Positions 1 through 11,180 of a stretch of DNA of 64,000 bases are shown here, in pieces (within the stretch, counting starts at the first letter, position 1; the number at the start of each line of letters is the position of its first letter). The position numbers and the translations under genes are program-made. This DNA comes from Schizochytrium sp. TIO01 (Eukaryota > Protista > Bigyra: Labyrinthulomycetes), in contig SMSO01000007.1 of NCBI GenBank assembly GCA_004764695.1, forward strand, positions 1,309,270 to 1,373,269, read 5' to 3'. Below the pieces are notes generated by a model. The model did not search any database and was not told where the DNA came from. It worked only from the letters and a program-made list of their open reading frames with translations.

Positions 1-595
1 CTATTAAATAAATCAAACGGTGCTTAGTAGTAAACACCTTTCTTTTTCTGCGGGGTAAGGCACGAAACAGCAGGTTTCCTAGCGATCTAGTTTCAAAAGC
101 TTGAGGAGAGGGCCTTCTCGAGCTGGTGTTTTAAAGGACAAATCAATACTTTGCCGTGTCTTGCGCAGATAGATACCTGTGCATGTCCTTCACCTTCACA
201 CCCCCCCCTCAAACGATTCAAGTCACAGACAAGTTCTGTTCTTCTTTTGTTGTGCATGCTAACCCTATGCATGAAAGATACAGAGCAAAAACTCATACAC
301 TAATATTTTACAAAAATATTTTAACTAAACTGTTTTAGCGCTTCTTTTTTATATGTACTTTTTCAGGAACCTTTTCTTACAGACTAATCGCAATAGTAGC
401 TAATGCAAAGGAAAACTGTAATCTTAATATTTGCTATGACACGAGAACGTCAAGTGTTTACAAAACCAACAGAAAGATCAATACACAAATTTGACTTTGC
501 TTATGCCGAGAACACTTTTCAGAATACTAATGTTTGTAAAGTACAGAAAAAAAAAGAATATAGTGAAAAGAAGAAAGTGATTAACTAAGATATTT

Positions 596-3500
596 CTAGT
601 TTCTAGCAAGGTGAAGTTCACTTTCAAGGGTAGCCACCCTTTCTTCAAGTTTTTTAATACTCTCAACAAGCAATGGAACAAGACGAGAATATTGAACTGC
701 CAACATATCTTCTTGCGACGATAATCCTGAGTGAGTTGATACCACTTCTGGCACCACGCGTTGAACATCTTGAGCGAGAAACCCAATTTCTCGCTGTGAT
801 GTCCGAAGGGAAGTTTTAGGTCTGTATGTAACTCCTTGAAGCTGTCGTACTTGCTGCAAAGCAACGTCTCCATCCAGAACAACGATGTCTTCTTTAAGTC
901 TTGCATCAGATGCTTCCGCGATACCGCCTGCTGAATGGACTCCACCAAAGCCAACATGAAGTTCGCTGATATTATGCAATACAGCTCCATTGATCACTAC
1001 ATTTCGGATGAGATTGCCATTCATCTCGATAGTATCAGACACGTTTAGACCCTGGATACAGCTCATGTGCAAGCACTGTGTCTTCTCATCAAGAACTAGA
1101 GTATTTGCATCGGTTGTAAGAGTTCCATTTGAAGTAAAAAAGGAAGCTCTCAAAAGAGATGAGCTTTCTGGGACACTCTCGTCGGTAGCTAATTTAGTCG
1201 CTCGTAGGCGGCCTGCAGCAAGCTCTACTTCAGATCCAATATGAAGGTCTTTCTCTGCAGTCAAAGAACGAACGCGCTGAAGGTCCATCCCATGCGCTTC
1301 CGGGGCATGCGGACTTTGCCATCGATTTCCATCAAAGATGAACAGGGATACCTGGCCAGGGGTCAAACGAATCATCTTTGGGTCAAGCCCACTTTCCTGG
1401 GTTTGCTTCTTTGACGTTGTTTGTACAAGGAGGTCAATATCTAACATGTTTTGTAACATGAACCAGTCGCCATCTGTTGCTTCTTCTGGAAGAGACATAG
1501 TCGATTCGTCATTATTGTTTTTGGTCGAACTATGTACGCGGATGTATGTAGTTGATTGAGCAACCTCTTCGATGGCATGCCTTCCTACTTCAAATAATCT
1601 AGGCGTAGTTGCTAGTCTTCCAGATACCTCAGCTCTACTTTTTATGCGCAAAGTACCATTGATGGTCACTTCTGTTTCACTCACGTTCATTATCTGAGCG
1701 ATCTGCATTGAATTTGTTTCTGCATCTGCAGTCACAACAAGTGAAGAATTCACAAGCTGGATTGATGATAATCCTGCCAAATTCCCTTCTATCAAAGAGA
1801 CACCTTGAGAAGGCCATACAGACTGGGATGCGTTCACGGAGAAGAATTCCGTACTTTTTAATGGCGTGGTGAAATCAACTTTGCCAAAACTAAAGCTTCC
1901 GTCTCCTAGTTGCACTTGAGTATCGATATGCGACTGCAAACGAAGTGTTTCGTTTGCAAGAATCGATACGCCATCGGTTTCATCAAAGGCAATTTTTCCA
2001 TGTGGCGAGGTCAATGAAAAAGGTTGTGGAACATTCATTCTAGTTTGGAATCCAGTTTTATCTTCCAGACTATGTAAAGATAGCGCTTTGCCAATAAATA
2101 TGCCTGTCTTGTTTGCTACAAGCTCAGACGAACCTAGGTATATAGCACCAGAGGAAAAGTTTGCAAGTCCTGTTACGTTCATAGTTCCATTAATGCTTGT
2201 GTGGTTCCGAAGCAGTGTATGTCCATCAATAGACAAAGATCGGGCAGAAGTATGACCAAGAGCTGAGAAATTACCTGCAACTAACATGTCTTGCGTCACA
2301 GTGAGATTTGCGCGAAACTCTGCGTTGCCATCGCTTGTAATTCCGTTCGACCCCACTACTAAGGTCTCGTTAATTCGCACAGGTGAAAAGAAGGTTGAGT
2401 GACCAGTGGAGTCGATATTAAGTGCTAGAGTGCCTTTCTCATTTGATATTTGAAAACCTTTTTGCACAGTCAAAGCATCAAGAATCAGGACGTTTCCTTG
2501 TATTTCCAATGCATCGCTATCATCTTCAGATTCTGCTGGGATACCAGTGATTCCGAGCGACGGACTTCCAAACAGTATACTTTCTCCAACTGTGATTGAT
2601 CGGTCTACACCCAGACCACCTTGAACAACAAGGGCCCCAGTATCCGGCGAAGTAGAGTCTGTCGGGCTAGTGAAGAGAACGTCTCCTGCAAAATTTGCTT
2701 CGGAGCCTACAGCAAGATTACCAGGTACATTGAGTTTTGACGTTTTACCGAGTAATAGATCTCCTTCGACGCCAACACTTTGTCCGAACAACGATGAACC
2801 AGATACAGCCATGCTTCCCCGAATCACTGCAGATTCAGATTTTCCGTTGAAGCTTATAAACGGGTTGTTTTGATCTCCATCAGAGGCTTCCATTTCAAAG
2901 AGTGTATAGGGGTTTTTGCCTTTAGAAAGGCGCAAACTGTGCGTCACTGATACTTCACCATTGCTAGTGCTTAATGTACCAGCCGAAAATTTGACATCGC
3001 CACCTACCTCAAGTCCTCCAAGTTCGATTGTTGCAGAGCCCTGAATGTGAACGTCGGCATCAAATTGTGCATTCTCTCCAATTTTCAAACTCCCAGAGGA
3101 CTCAAGGCCAGTCTTTGAACGTATTGTCCCATAAGCTCGTATGCTACCTGCATCAATAGTCAGATCCCCAGTCTCGATGGATAATGCCGCTGGGCCTTTC
3201 AGAGCAACATTACCTTTGGTGATCTCAAGATCTCCACCTTGTAGCGTAAGGCCATTATGCAGGGTCGATTTACCGATCGTTTCCTGATTGCCATCGATGT
3301 AAAGGGAGCCCTTTTGCTTTAAATGCAAAGAGCCTCCATTCATTACAATGTTTCCATCGCGTCCAAGCGTGAGGTTAACAGTGTCTGCAAGCTTTAATTC
3401 TTTGCTTGTCAATGACAACTTTGTGACGGGCTGGTTCATGTCAGCAGGTGAACGTAAACGAAACTCAAAATGTCCCGATACTTTATTGATTTCCACAGGA

Positions 3501-4321
3501 GAATCGACGAAGGCCATCAATGAAGCTACAGAGCTCCATTTGTTGCCATCATATGCATCAAAAGCAGCTTCACCTATGACATCATCTTTTAGAACAATCT
3601 GTAGGTTCTGAGCAGAAGGGCCTCGTGCGCGACGCAAGCGCAGCCTTGGGTATGCATTGACAGCAGGTCCAACATGCGAAACAGAAACTTGACCATCTTC
3701 CCCCACAACTAGGGTCTGCGCAGGTGCTCGGGAGCTGACTTGAAATACTGCTGATCCTTCTGCTGCGCTTACCTTTTGGTTGCTGTTCGAAAACGAGAGA
3801 CCCCAGAATTGGCGTTGCGCATTAAAATAAATGTTTGCGCATTGGTGAGATGCGGCATCTCCAAGTCGAACCGCAGCATTTGCAGAATCAGCGCCTTCAG
3901 ATCCCGCTGCGACTCGGCCTTCAAGACGTAAAGCTGAGACTCCTTCAGAGTTCGTAGCATCGATTTGATGTTCAGGATCCTTCGATCCAAGGCCCAAAAA
4001 CCCATTTTGGGTAAGGTGAAGTTTCACGTTTGCCTGATGAGGTTGTTTCTCATTATGAATCTCGAAGCGGATGTCATGCTGGTCAGGTGAATGTTTGATG
4101 ACTGCAGAGATTTTGTCTTCCTGGTTCCAGAATTGCACACCTCGAGCTTGGTTGTTCGGTGCTTTAGACCTCACATTGAACATACACTCTCCTTTTTCAT
4201 CCTCAGTGCACCATGCTTGTGTCTGCAGCGTTGCTGCGGCCCAGCAAAAAATCGTTACAGCCAAAGCCACCGCTCTTGAGAAAGGGATGACAACGACCTT
4301 GCCGACGGTTGAACGGCTCAT
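596..4321 (-). CDS. Secreted phage-tail-fibre-like beta-rich protein with C-terminal peptidase S74 (intramolecular chaperone) domain, ~1241 aa
   Basis: Single long ORF; first ATG at 4321 (the ORF-track start at 4357 is TTG). Hydrophobic N-terminal segment AVALAVTIFCWAAATLQTQA. Gly-rich beta repeats including DSTSPDTGALVVQGGLGV. C-terminal SDARLKEDI...LQGVTY...IGFLAQDVQRVVPEVV...VQYSRLVPLLVESIKKL followed by a coiled coil is the S74 signature. Confidence 0.85.
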   Translation of the reverse strand: MSRSTVGKVVVIPFSRAVALAVTIFCWAAATLQTQAWCTEDEKGECMFNVRSKAPNNQARGVQFWNQEDKISAVIKHSPDQHDIRFEIHNEKQPHQANVKLHLTQNGFLGLGSKDPEHQIDATNSEGVSALRLEGRVAAGSEGADSANAAVRLGDAASHQCANIYFNAQRQFWGLSFSNSNQKVSAAEGSAVFQVSSRAPAQTLVVGEDGQVSVSHVGPAVNAYPRLRLRRARGPSAQNLQIVLKDDVIGEAAFDAYDGNKWSSVASLMAFVDSPVEINKVSGHFEFRLRSPADMNQPVTKLSLTSKELKLADTVNLTLGRDGNIVMNGGSLHLKQKGSLYIDGNQETIGKSTLHNGLTLQGGDLEITKGNVALKGPAALSIETGDLTIDAGSIRAYGTIRSKTGLESSGSLKIGENAQFDADVHIQGSATIELGGLEVGGDVKFSAGTLSTSNGEVSVTHSLRLSKGKNPYTLFEMEASDGDQNNPFISFNGKSESAVIRGSMAVSGSSLFGQSVGVEGDLLLGKTSKLNVPGNLAVGSEANFAGDVLFTSPTDSTSPDTGALVVQGGLGVDRSITVGESILFGSPSLGITGIPAESEDDSDALEIQGNVLILDALTVQKGFQISNEKGTLALNIDSTGHSTFFSPVRINETLVVGSNGITSDGNAEFRANLTVTQDMLVAGNFSALGHTSARSLSIDGHTLLRNHTSINGTMNVTGLANFSSGAIYLGSSELVANKTGIFIGKALSLHSLEDKTGFQTRMNVPQPFSLTSPHGKIAFDETDGVSILANETLRLQSHIDTQVQLGDGSFSFGKVDFTTPLKSTEFFSVNASQSVWPSQGVSLIEGNLAGLSSIQLVNSSLVVTADAETNSMQIAQIMNVSETEVTINGTLRIKSRAEVSGRLATTPRLFEVGRHAIEEVAQSTTYIRVHSSTKNNNDESTMSLPEEATDGDWFMLQNMLDIDLLVQTTSKKQTQESGLDPKMIRLTPGQVSLFIFDGNRWQSPHAPEAHGMDLQRVRSLTAEKDLHIGSEVELAAGRLRATKLATDESVPESSSLLRASFFTSNGTLTTDANTLVLDEKTQCLHMSCIQGLNVSDTIEMNGNLIRNVVINGAVLHNISELHVGFGGVHSAGGIAEASDARLKEDIVVLDGDVALQQVRQLQGVTYRPKTSLRTSQREIGFLAQDVQRVVPEVVSTHSGLSSQEDMLAVQYSRLVPLLVESIKKLEERVATLESELHLARN

Positions 4322-4564
4322 TGTGCGCCGACCAAGCTTTCTTCCCCTCGAGTCCAATTCGAGGACGACAGCTCGCCAGGCTGAAGGCAGTGTGATCGAG
4401 GCCTAGCGCGAATGAAGAGAAATGATCCTAATACAGCCTATGGGACTTTGGCAGTGCAGCCGAATTGAGTTTGCTCGAGTGAGGCCCAAGAACTCTGTTA
4501 CGTCGCACATCAAAACAGAAAGAAAACGTTATTACCTATAATAGAACATGTTACTCATCATATC

Positions 4565-4599
4565 GTAGGACCATATTGTAGGACCATATTGTAGGACCA
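4565..4599. repeat. Short tandem repeat, 13-nt unit GTAGGACCATATT, ~2.7 copies
   Basis: Read directly from the sequence, about 250 nt upstream of the S74 gene start. Confidence 0.8.
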
Positions 4600-5069
4600 A
4601 TGTAGATAGTGTTATGTAGACTGTACTTTTGATCAAATCATCAGACATTTCATTTCCTTTGGTTGTTCGAGAGAACCAGTTTATTTCTAATCATATTTCT
4701 AATCATATGTGAGAAATGCAAGCTGCGAACCTGCTTGTAGGGCCACATCGCGTCAATGCGACAGGATATTTTCATTGAAGATACTTAATCTGTGAGACAT
4801 GAGAAACAGTGAATGCTGTGAGGGGCTGCGGAGCAGATTACTAAAAGGAGTCTATTATGACCGGATTACGAGACATAAAAATACTGGCAAGCGGGTAAAT
4901 CTGAACGTTATACGAACTTGAATATTGTTATATGTTTTGGTTTAGACGAACAAAAAATTGAAAGATAGGCGTGAAAAAGAATAATATAGGGGGCCGATCT
5001 TACGATCATTAGAAGTTGATCAATAGGACTTTATTTATAGATGGTTGAAAGACCAAAACAGGTTCTCAT

Positions 5070-6599
5070 TTACGCAGACGATGCAAAGTCCTTGAACTTT
5101 GCGGTGTAATCAAGCTTGCCAGCCAAGACAGCTTCTACATCATCCACAGCACGCGGGCAGTTGGTGAGGTTCTCGATGCCAGTCTCTGTAACAACGACAT
5201 CGTCCTCAAGGCGAATGCCACCAGTATTGCGAAACCGAGCAACAACATCAGCGTTGATGAACTTAGACTGCTTTTCACTGTTGAGGGCCTTATCGAGCGA
5301 GTAATCGTTAAAATAAATGCCGGGCTCCACAGTTAGAACCATGCCAGGCTCAAGGGTAGCACAGCAACGCAAGCTGGTGTATCCGGGGCGTGATTGCTTA
5401 GGATACTTCTTCGCACGACCGCCAACATCGTGTGTATCAAGACCCATAAAGTGTCCGAGGCCGTGGGGCATGAAGACAGCTCCCAAGTCAGCCTCGATCA
5501 TCTCTTCAATATCGCCCTTGACAATGCCAAGCTTGGCGAGATGCGTGAGAATAACACGATATGACAGTGTGTGCATGTCCACGTAGGATACACCGGGCTT
5601 CATGGCGCGCATAACTGACCACTGAGCATCCAGAACAGCTTCGTAAATAGCGCGCTGATCATCAGTGAACTTACCACTCACGGGAAAGGTGCAAGTGATA
5701 TCGCTGGTGTAGCACTTATATTCGGCGCCCATGTCGAGCAGGCACATATCATTCGGCTCAATGATTCCATCATTGGGTGCTCCAGCGTGACCGTAGTGGA
5801 GGATGGCTCCGTTGTTGCCACAACCACAAATGCTTGTGTAGCTCTGATGGCGGCATCCGCCCCTAAAGTATCCCCAGTGCTGGAAAAGACTCTCGAGCTG
5901 GAATTCACGCATGCCAGGCTGAGCCTGTGCCATTACCCAGCAGTGAGCCTGGCTACTGATCTTGTTGATATGGCGCATCATCGCGAGCTCACGCTGAGAC
6001 TTGATCACACGACAATCTACAACAGTATCATAAAGGACTCCATTATCCACGCGGAAGTTTTCAATGCCTACAAAAGTGGCCTCCTTTGCATACATGCCGC
6101 TGTCAGCGTTGAGTCCACGCGTGGTATAGATGACCTTGGGGTCAAGTTTCTCCACGAAGCCCTTGAGCTCAGGCTCAAAGAGGACTTCGTCTACACCATA
6201 CTCTTTCTTGAAGCTTTCTGCAGTGCGGATTTCACCCATAACGATGGCATACGATTCAGGCAATTTGGGAAAGAACAATGTTGATCGTCCCGAATCGATC
6301 TCAAGCACGCCATAAACATCGGGTTCTTTGACACCGAAAAGATACGAAAAGTTGGACTCTTGCCTAAAAACAGGTTCGTGGTCAGAATCATATCGCGTGG
6401 GTGCGGGACCACCTTGGAAAAGAGCAATGCTACCCTGGGCTACATCGTCCCGTTCACGGAGTTTCTGCACGAGCTTCTCGCGGTTCTCCTTGTACATGGC
6501 AAGATCCACTTCATAGAGGTCGAGAGCAGCGCCCCATTTGCCGTTGGCGCCAGCGCCAGCCACGGGTGGTTCTACTTGTCCATTTTGGGAAGCGCTCAT
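5070..6599 (-). CDS. PEPD: Xaa-Pro dipeptidase (prolidase), M24B family
   Basis: FRQES.F.YLFG N-domain; metal ligands intact in LLDMG, TSDIT, HGLGHFMGLDTHDVG, TVEPG, RLEDD. First ATG at 6599. Confidence 0.95.
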   Translation of the reverse strand: MSASQNGQVEPPVAGAGANGKWGAALDLYEVDLAMYKENREKLVQKLRERDDVAQGSIALFQGGPAPTRYDSDHEPVFRQESNFSYLFGVKEPDVYGVLEIDSGRSTLFFPKLPESYAIVMGEIRTAESFKKEYGVDEVLFEPELKGFVEKLDPKVIYTTRGLNADSGMYAKEATFVGIENFRVDNGVLYDTVVDCRVIKSQRELAMMRHINKISSQAHCWVMAQAQPGMREFQLESLFQHWGYFRGGCRHQSYTSICGCGNNGAILHYGHAGAPNDGIIEPNDMCLLDMGAEYKCYTSDITCTFPVSGKFTDDQRAIYEAVLDAQWSVMRAMKPGVSYVDMHTLSYRVILTHLAKLGIVKGDIEEMIEADLGAVFMPHGLGHFMGLDTHDVGGRAKKYPKQSRPGYTSLRCCATLEPGMVLTVEPGIYFNDYSLDKALNSEKQSKFINADVVARFRNTGGIRLEDDVVVTETGIENLTNCPRAVDDVEAVLAGKLDYTAKFKDFASSA

Positions 6600-8765
6600 C
6601 TTGCAATATGCCAATCTAAGTCAAGCGCGGGCAGGTCTGCTGAAGCCAACAAGCTTTCGCAGACATCCACAAGCGTTTGGGTTTTGATTGCTTCTCCAAC
6701 TTTATATGTCCGAGTCCGAGTCCTTTTTCTAAAGTATTAAAAAGTTAAAAAAAGATAAAAAGAAACTAAGTGCATTTCCTATATCTGTATCTGCGACATA
6801 TTACAAGACCTCAAAAGGTGATTGTAAAATACAATAATAACAACCGGATTCCGTTAGATACAATCCACGTGGTGTTACTCTCTTTTTTATTAAAAAAAAT
6901 AAATGGAAAGAAGAAGAAGAAGAAGAAAATAGCTTTCTTCTATATCTTTCATGAAGCCGAGAGAATGATAAAGAAGAACCAAGAAATGAAATATAAAAAT
7001 GTAAATGAGTCAGTTTATTTCTGTCCACGGCAATATCTTTTTCCCGGTTAGTTCTTTGCCGTCTCCGAATAGCGCAGACCATGGACGCAGGGAGAATCCG
7101 CCCATCTAGCTCATTTCCCAGTGGGAGATAGATGTGCGACAAATAAATCAACGAGGAGACACAAAAAGTAAGGAAACCAAATAAATAAATAGACTTCACT
7201 ATTTATTTTTAATTAAAATGCTACCTACTATTAGTAAGGGCTACAAGGAATAGGGAAGAACTTTAAGAACGCCACGGATTTCGGGAAGGAAGAGAACGCT
7301 GTAAAGAACGGAGATCAACTGAACATAGTGAAACATTGAGAGAACACGGGAACGCGTAAAACGATAAGTAAAAGAATGGTTACGGATCATCATCAACGCT
7401 AAAACAGTGCAGCATGACAGAACACCAAAAGATCTTCAGGCGCATAGAAGACAAAATTAGGAATGCAAAGACTCACAGTACGACGATTGAGAAGTCAAGG
7501 TTCGATGTGCTTTCAGACGGAAGGCACGAGGCGACAAGATTTGTGACACTTCAGCGCGACGCGTGGCAGATGGGAACTAGAGTCTTGAGAAGAGAGAAGG
7601 TAATGTATTTTAGAAGGCCAAATCAGGAATCTGGAGCGAGGTCTAGAGGCCTTGTCCTTACCTTCTAATTATTTTTTGCTTGCATCCCAGTCAACTTCTT
7701 GAACATCACATCGGTTTTTTATAGATTGGCTGTTTCAAAGGCAGAAGCAGGTGTAGCGAGAGGTAATTTCTCTTTTCATGTAGGTGGAATATCACAAGGA
7801 AAGCACCCACTGGAAATCCGGGTTGCGCAGTTGTCTGACACATTAGTCGATTGGCATGCAAAATTGAGATTCAGGAAAAGGTATAGATATGCCAGGGAGC
7901 ATATGCATTTGCACAACCACCTCCCGTCTCTGACTTATCGTATTCGCCTAGAAGACAGAGTTCTGGCTTAAGAAATAGCTAGGCACTTGAGAAAGAGCTA
8001 GTGATTTACATGACTTCAGCCAGAACAAGAGTGTTCCAGCAGATGGCGCATAGAAGAAAATGTAGCTCGAACTTGTACATTTATGAGAAAATGATCCAGG
8101 GTTCCATATGGTCCTGTTCTCCAGGACTAGCACATTTCATAGCAGCTTGTGAGACAATGATGGGGCTTCAGAGAGATCTTGCATGGTAGCTATCTTATTA
8201 AAGTTTAACAGAGTCCGATTTCTAAAAGTTTGTGGTATCTTTACCAAGCTGAGTTTCTCTTACTATCTTGAGACTATCTTGAGCATTTTGCAAAATAAAA
8301 GTTCTCCTCCCGACAACGCTTCGCCCCAACGTCACCCACTCTCCATCTGAACCTTGTGCATCTCTATAGTAGAGGCCATCAGCACATTGAAATTCTTTCT
8401 CCTCACTGTGTTTCCATCATCTTAGCATCTACTCAATCTCCAGAGGTCTTTTGTAGCAAATGACAGATGATTCATCACACCAGCAGAACGAGGTCCTCCA
8501 CGACCAGCCGAGAATACCTTAATCGATCTTAGTCGGCCCTAGGGCACTCTTACTTCACAAGCATAACGACTCCACTTTTACTTATCTATTGTTAGTCTTT
8601 CATTTTATTGCGCAGGAGTACTTTCTTCTTCGAACAAGCTAGTCTAGTACCTACTTCCTGCCTAAAACCTTCTTTTGGAGCCGAGACTTCGCTCGCATCG
8701 ACCCCGCACGACGCGGTGGTCAGGTGTGAAAGCGAAGGCTACGTCTGGCGACGTTGGAGTCCGTC

Positions 8766-10478
8766 ATGCCAAACAACGTCAACAATAATAACGCCAAGTC
8801 CAACTCGAGCTCGGGCGGCGCGACATATCGTGGAGGGAATTTGCAGTTGCAGGGTACCACTGTGCAAGGCACCTCGCAGGCTACTTCGCAAGGAAACCTG
8901 CGTCACATGCGAGGAAGAAGTCCTCGAGCAGATTCTGCCACGAGTTATGGCTCTGCAGGAGTGAGGCCTGCAGCTTCGACAACAACTATTCTGTTCGAGG
9001 CTAGACCAGAGCAATTTGACCATATTCAACGCAAACGTGGTGCTGGAATTACAGCAAGACCCCCGGAACTTCAAGCACTCGCATCGCCTCGAGAGGCGTC
9101 ATCGTCTATCTCTTCGACGTTTTCTAGGGCTATACCACCTCCGTTGCAATATGCAAGTCATTATGGTGGCGGCAGCAGCAATAGCAGCAGCAGCAGCAGC
9201 AGCGGGAGCAACAGTAATCTCAATATAAACAGCAATAATGGTAAATTGCCACCACATCACAGAGCAGAGCTGACATTCTCTTCACACCTGCAGACTATGA
9301 GGGGGAGTATTGATACCATGGCACCGTTTATGTCAGGCCGCGCCTCGAATGCAAGTGAATCAGATGAGGCCTCACTGATGAGCCTTGAGCAGGACTTGCC
9401 TGCACCTTACCAACAAGTCCTCAAGGAGCGACTTCATACAGACTTGCTCACACAATTCCGTGAAGCACGGGACCATGAGGCAACGCAAGATGAGAATGGG
9501 CTTATCACTCAAAATAGCGACATGCTTCTTGTTCTTGAATCTGAGCAGCGTCATTTACGAGCGGAGTTGGAGGAACAAGAAGAAGAGTTACGCGAGTTGG
9601 ATCAAGAAGTTCAAGAGGAACTCGAGCTTGTGAGGGAGGCACTTGAAAATACAATTGTACCTGGCTTTCAACGCTGCGAGGAGATGCGTAATGATATAGT
9701 AAAGTATGCGGAAGCACTTTCGCAGCTTCAGCAGGAAGTTGAGCTGGTTGTGCCCGAAGTCGTGGCCGAAAGCATCGAGGATCTTATGAAACGTGTAGAT
9801 AGTATGAGCAAAGACACTGAGAGGCGAGTTGCGAGTGCCCTGCGTAATGTACTTCAAAAGAAGAAGCAGGCCTTCTCAGCTCGTTACGTACCTGCCTGGT
9901 TACGGTCACGTCTCTTACGCAGAAACTCTGATTCAAGTGTAACTAACAGTCTTGCCAATGATCAAGCAAGTCATTCGGGGCTTGGGGCAAGTAACAATGA
10001 TGACAGCCCGCCTGAGGCGGAGTCTCTGGACAAATCTGATCCTGAAGAGGAGGACGAGAGTGGCGCTTTCGATTTACTAGATAAGGAAGACTTTGGCGAT
10101 GAAAATAGAACCAACAGACCCATGGATCGTCTCAACACTGACCCTATCGATCGAGAAGTGAGCCCCGCACTAAGCCTACTAACATCCCATAGGCATGGTT
10201 TTAGCTCTCATACTAGCCTTGCAAGTAGTCTGCGTCTTGGGTCCATAGATACCTCAGATGCTGACGAAGAACCCATGATACTCCAAAGTCCAGTAAACTC
10301 CTCTTCTACCTCTAAACCACGCTATAGAAATTCATCAAGTAGCATCTTGCAGAGCATGTCCTCTGTCGTGCAAAGATGTACCTCACTCATTGCATGGGTC
10401 TTGCAAATTGGTATTGTAGGTGCCATTTTGGCCTTCATTCTGGCAAGCCTTCTCGTATCACAAGAGTCAGATGAGTGA
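8766..10478 (+). CDS. Hypothetical tail-anchored coiled-coil protein
   Basis: 570-aa ORF from ATG 8766. Low-complexity Ser/Asn N-terminus with an (AGC)n tract, central Glu-rich heptads, one C-terminal TM (LIAWVLQIGIVGAILAFILASLLV) then SQESDE-stop. Confidence 0.75.
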   Translation: MPNNVNNNNAKSNSSSGGATYRGGNLQLQGTTVQGTSQATSQGNLRHMRGRSPRADSATSYGSAGVRPAASTTTILFEARPEQFDHIQRKRGAGITARPPELQALASPREASSSISSTFSRAIPPPLQYASHYGGGSSNSSSSSSSGSNSNLNINSNNGKLPPHHRAELTFSSHLQTMRGSIDTMAPFMSGRASNASESDEASLMSLEQDLPAPYQQVLKERLHTDLLTQFREARDHEATQDENGLITQNSDMLLVLESEQRHLRAELEEQEEELRELDQEVQEELELVREALENTIVPGFQRCEEMRNDIVKYAEALSQLQQEVELVVPEVVAESIEDLMKRVDSMSKDTERRVASALRNVLQKKKQAFSARYVPAWLRSRLLRRNSDSSVTNSLANDQASHSGLGASNNDDSPPEAESLDKSDPEEEDESGAFDLLDKEDFGDENRTNRPMDRLNTDPIDREVSPALSLLTSHRHGFSSHTSLASSLRLGSIDTSDADEEPMILQSPVNSSSTSKPRYRNSSSSILQSMSSVVQRCTSLIAWVLQIGIVGAILAFILASLLVSQESDE

Positions 10479-11180
10479 GGTATTATTCTCTTTCTGAAAG
10501 CAGATAAAGCATTGAGTTCATCTGCTCGGTATTGATGACGCCTCCACTGGTCTGCTTTGTATTTGAGCAATGCTGGTTCCTTCGCGTTGCTTCCAATTTG
10601 TGTTATATAGTGTTTATTGGATTGTGAACTAACAGAAAATTTATTTTGTGCTCTTATAAAAATAAATGTTAATCTTCAACAGAAATTAATTTTTCTTGAG
10701 GTGAAACAAATGTCACTTGCTCTTTCACCATGACGAAAGGGAGGGATATCAATATGGAGATTTGTTTCGAAAATCAAAGCTTCAAGATTGAAACAAGAGC
10801 ATCATGGTAACTGTTCATCATCTTCTCCCAGCAAGTGAAATGTTTAGAACGAAACAGATCATTGGTGTGTTGATTTCTCAAGGAAAGAAATACAAAATAA
10901 AATGAGGATGCTCTCCCCTGTTATCACATCAGTGGCGACTCTTTCAATCAATTACGTTTATGATTAATGTTTGTTATTTGTATCTGTATGTGTATGTGCC
11001 CTTTCTTTTCCACCCTTCTTCTTGATGATCTACTAGTAGTATTTTCTTCTTTTCTTTTCCTATTCATTCACATCAAAACCAAAACATAAAAAAGAACACA
11101 GCGACATTCTTCTTCTTCTTCTACTACTACTTCTTCTTCTTAGCGTTTCGCCAAATGCCTGGCAATCGGCTCACGATTGC

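Noticed and set aside
478-990. 170-aa minus-strand ORF overlapping the 3' end of the S74 gene
   Set aside because: Alternative frame of a well-supported gene, running into AT-rich 3' sequence, with no motifs.
7414-8189. Several short plus-strand ORFs in the prolidase upstream region
   Set aside because: No recognisable motif and no consistent splice or frame model.
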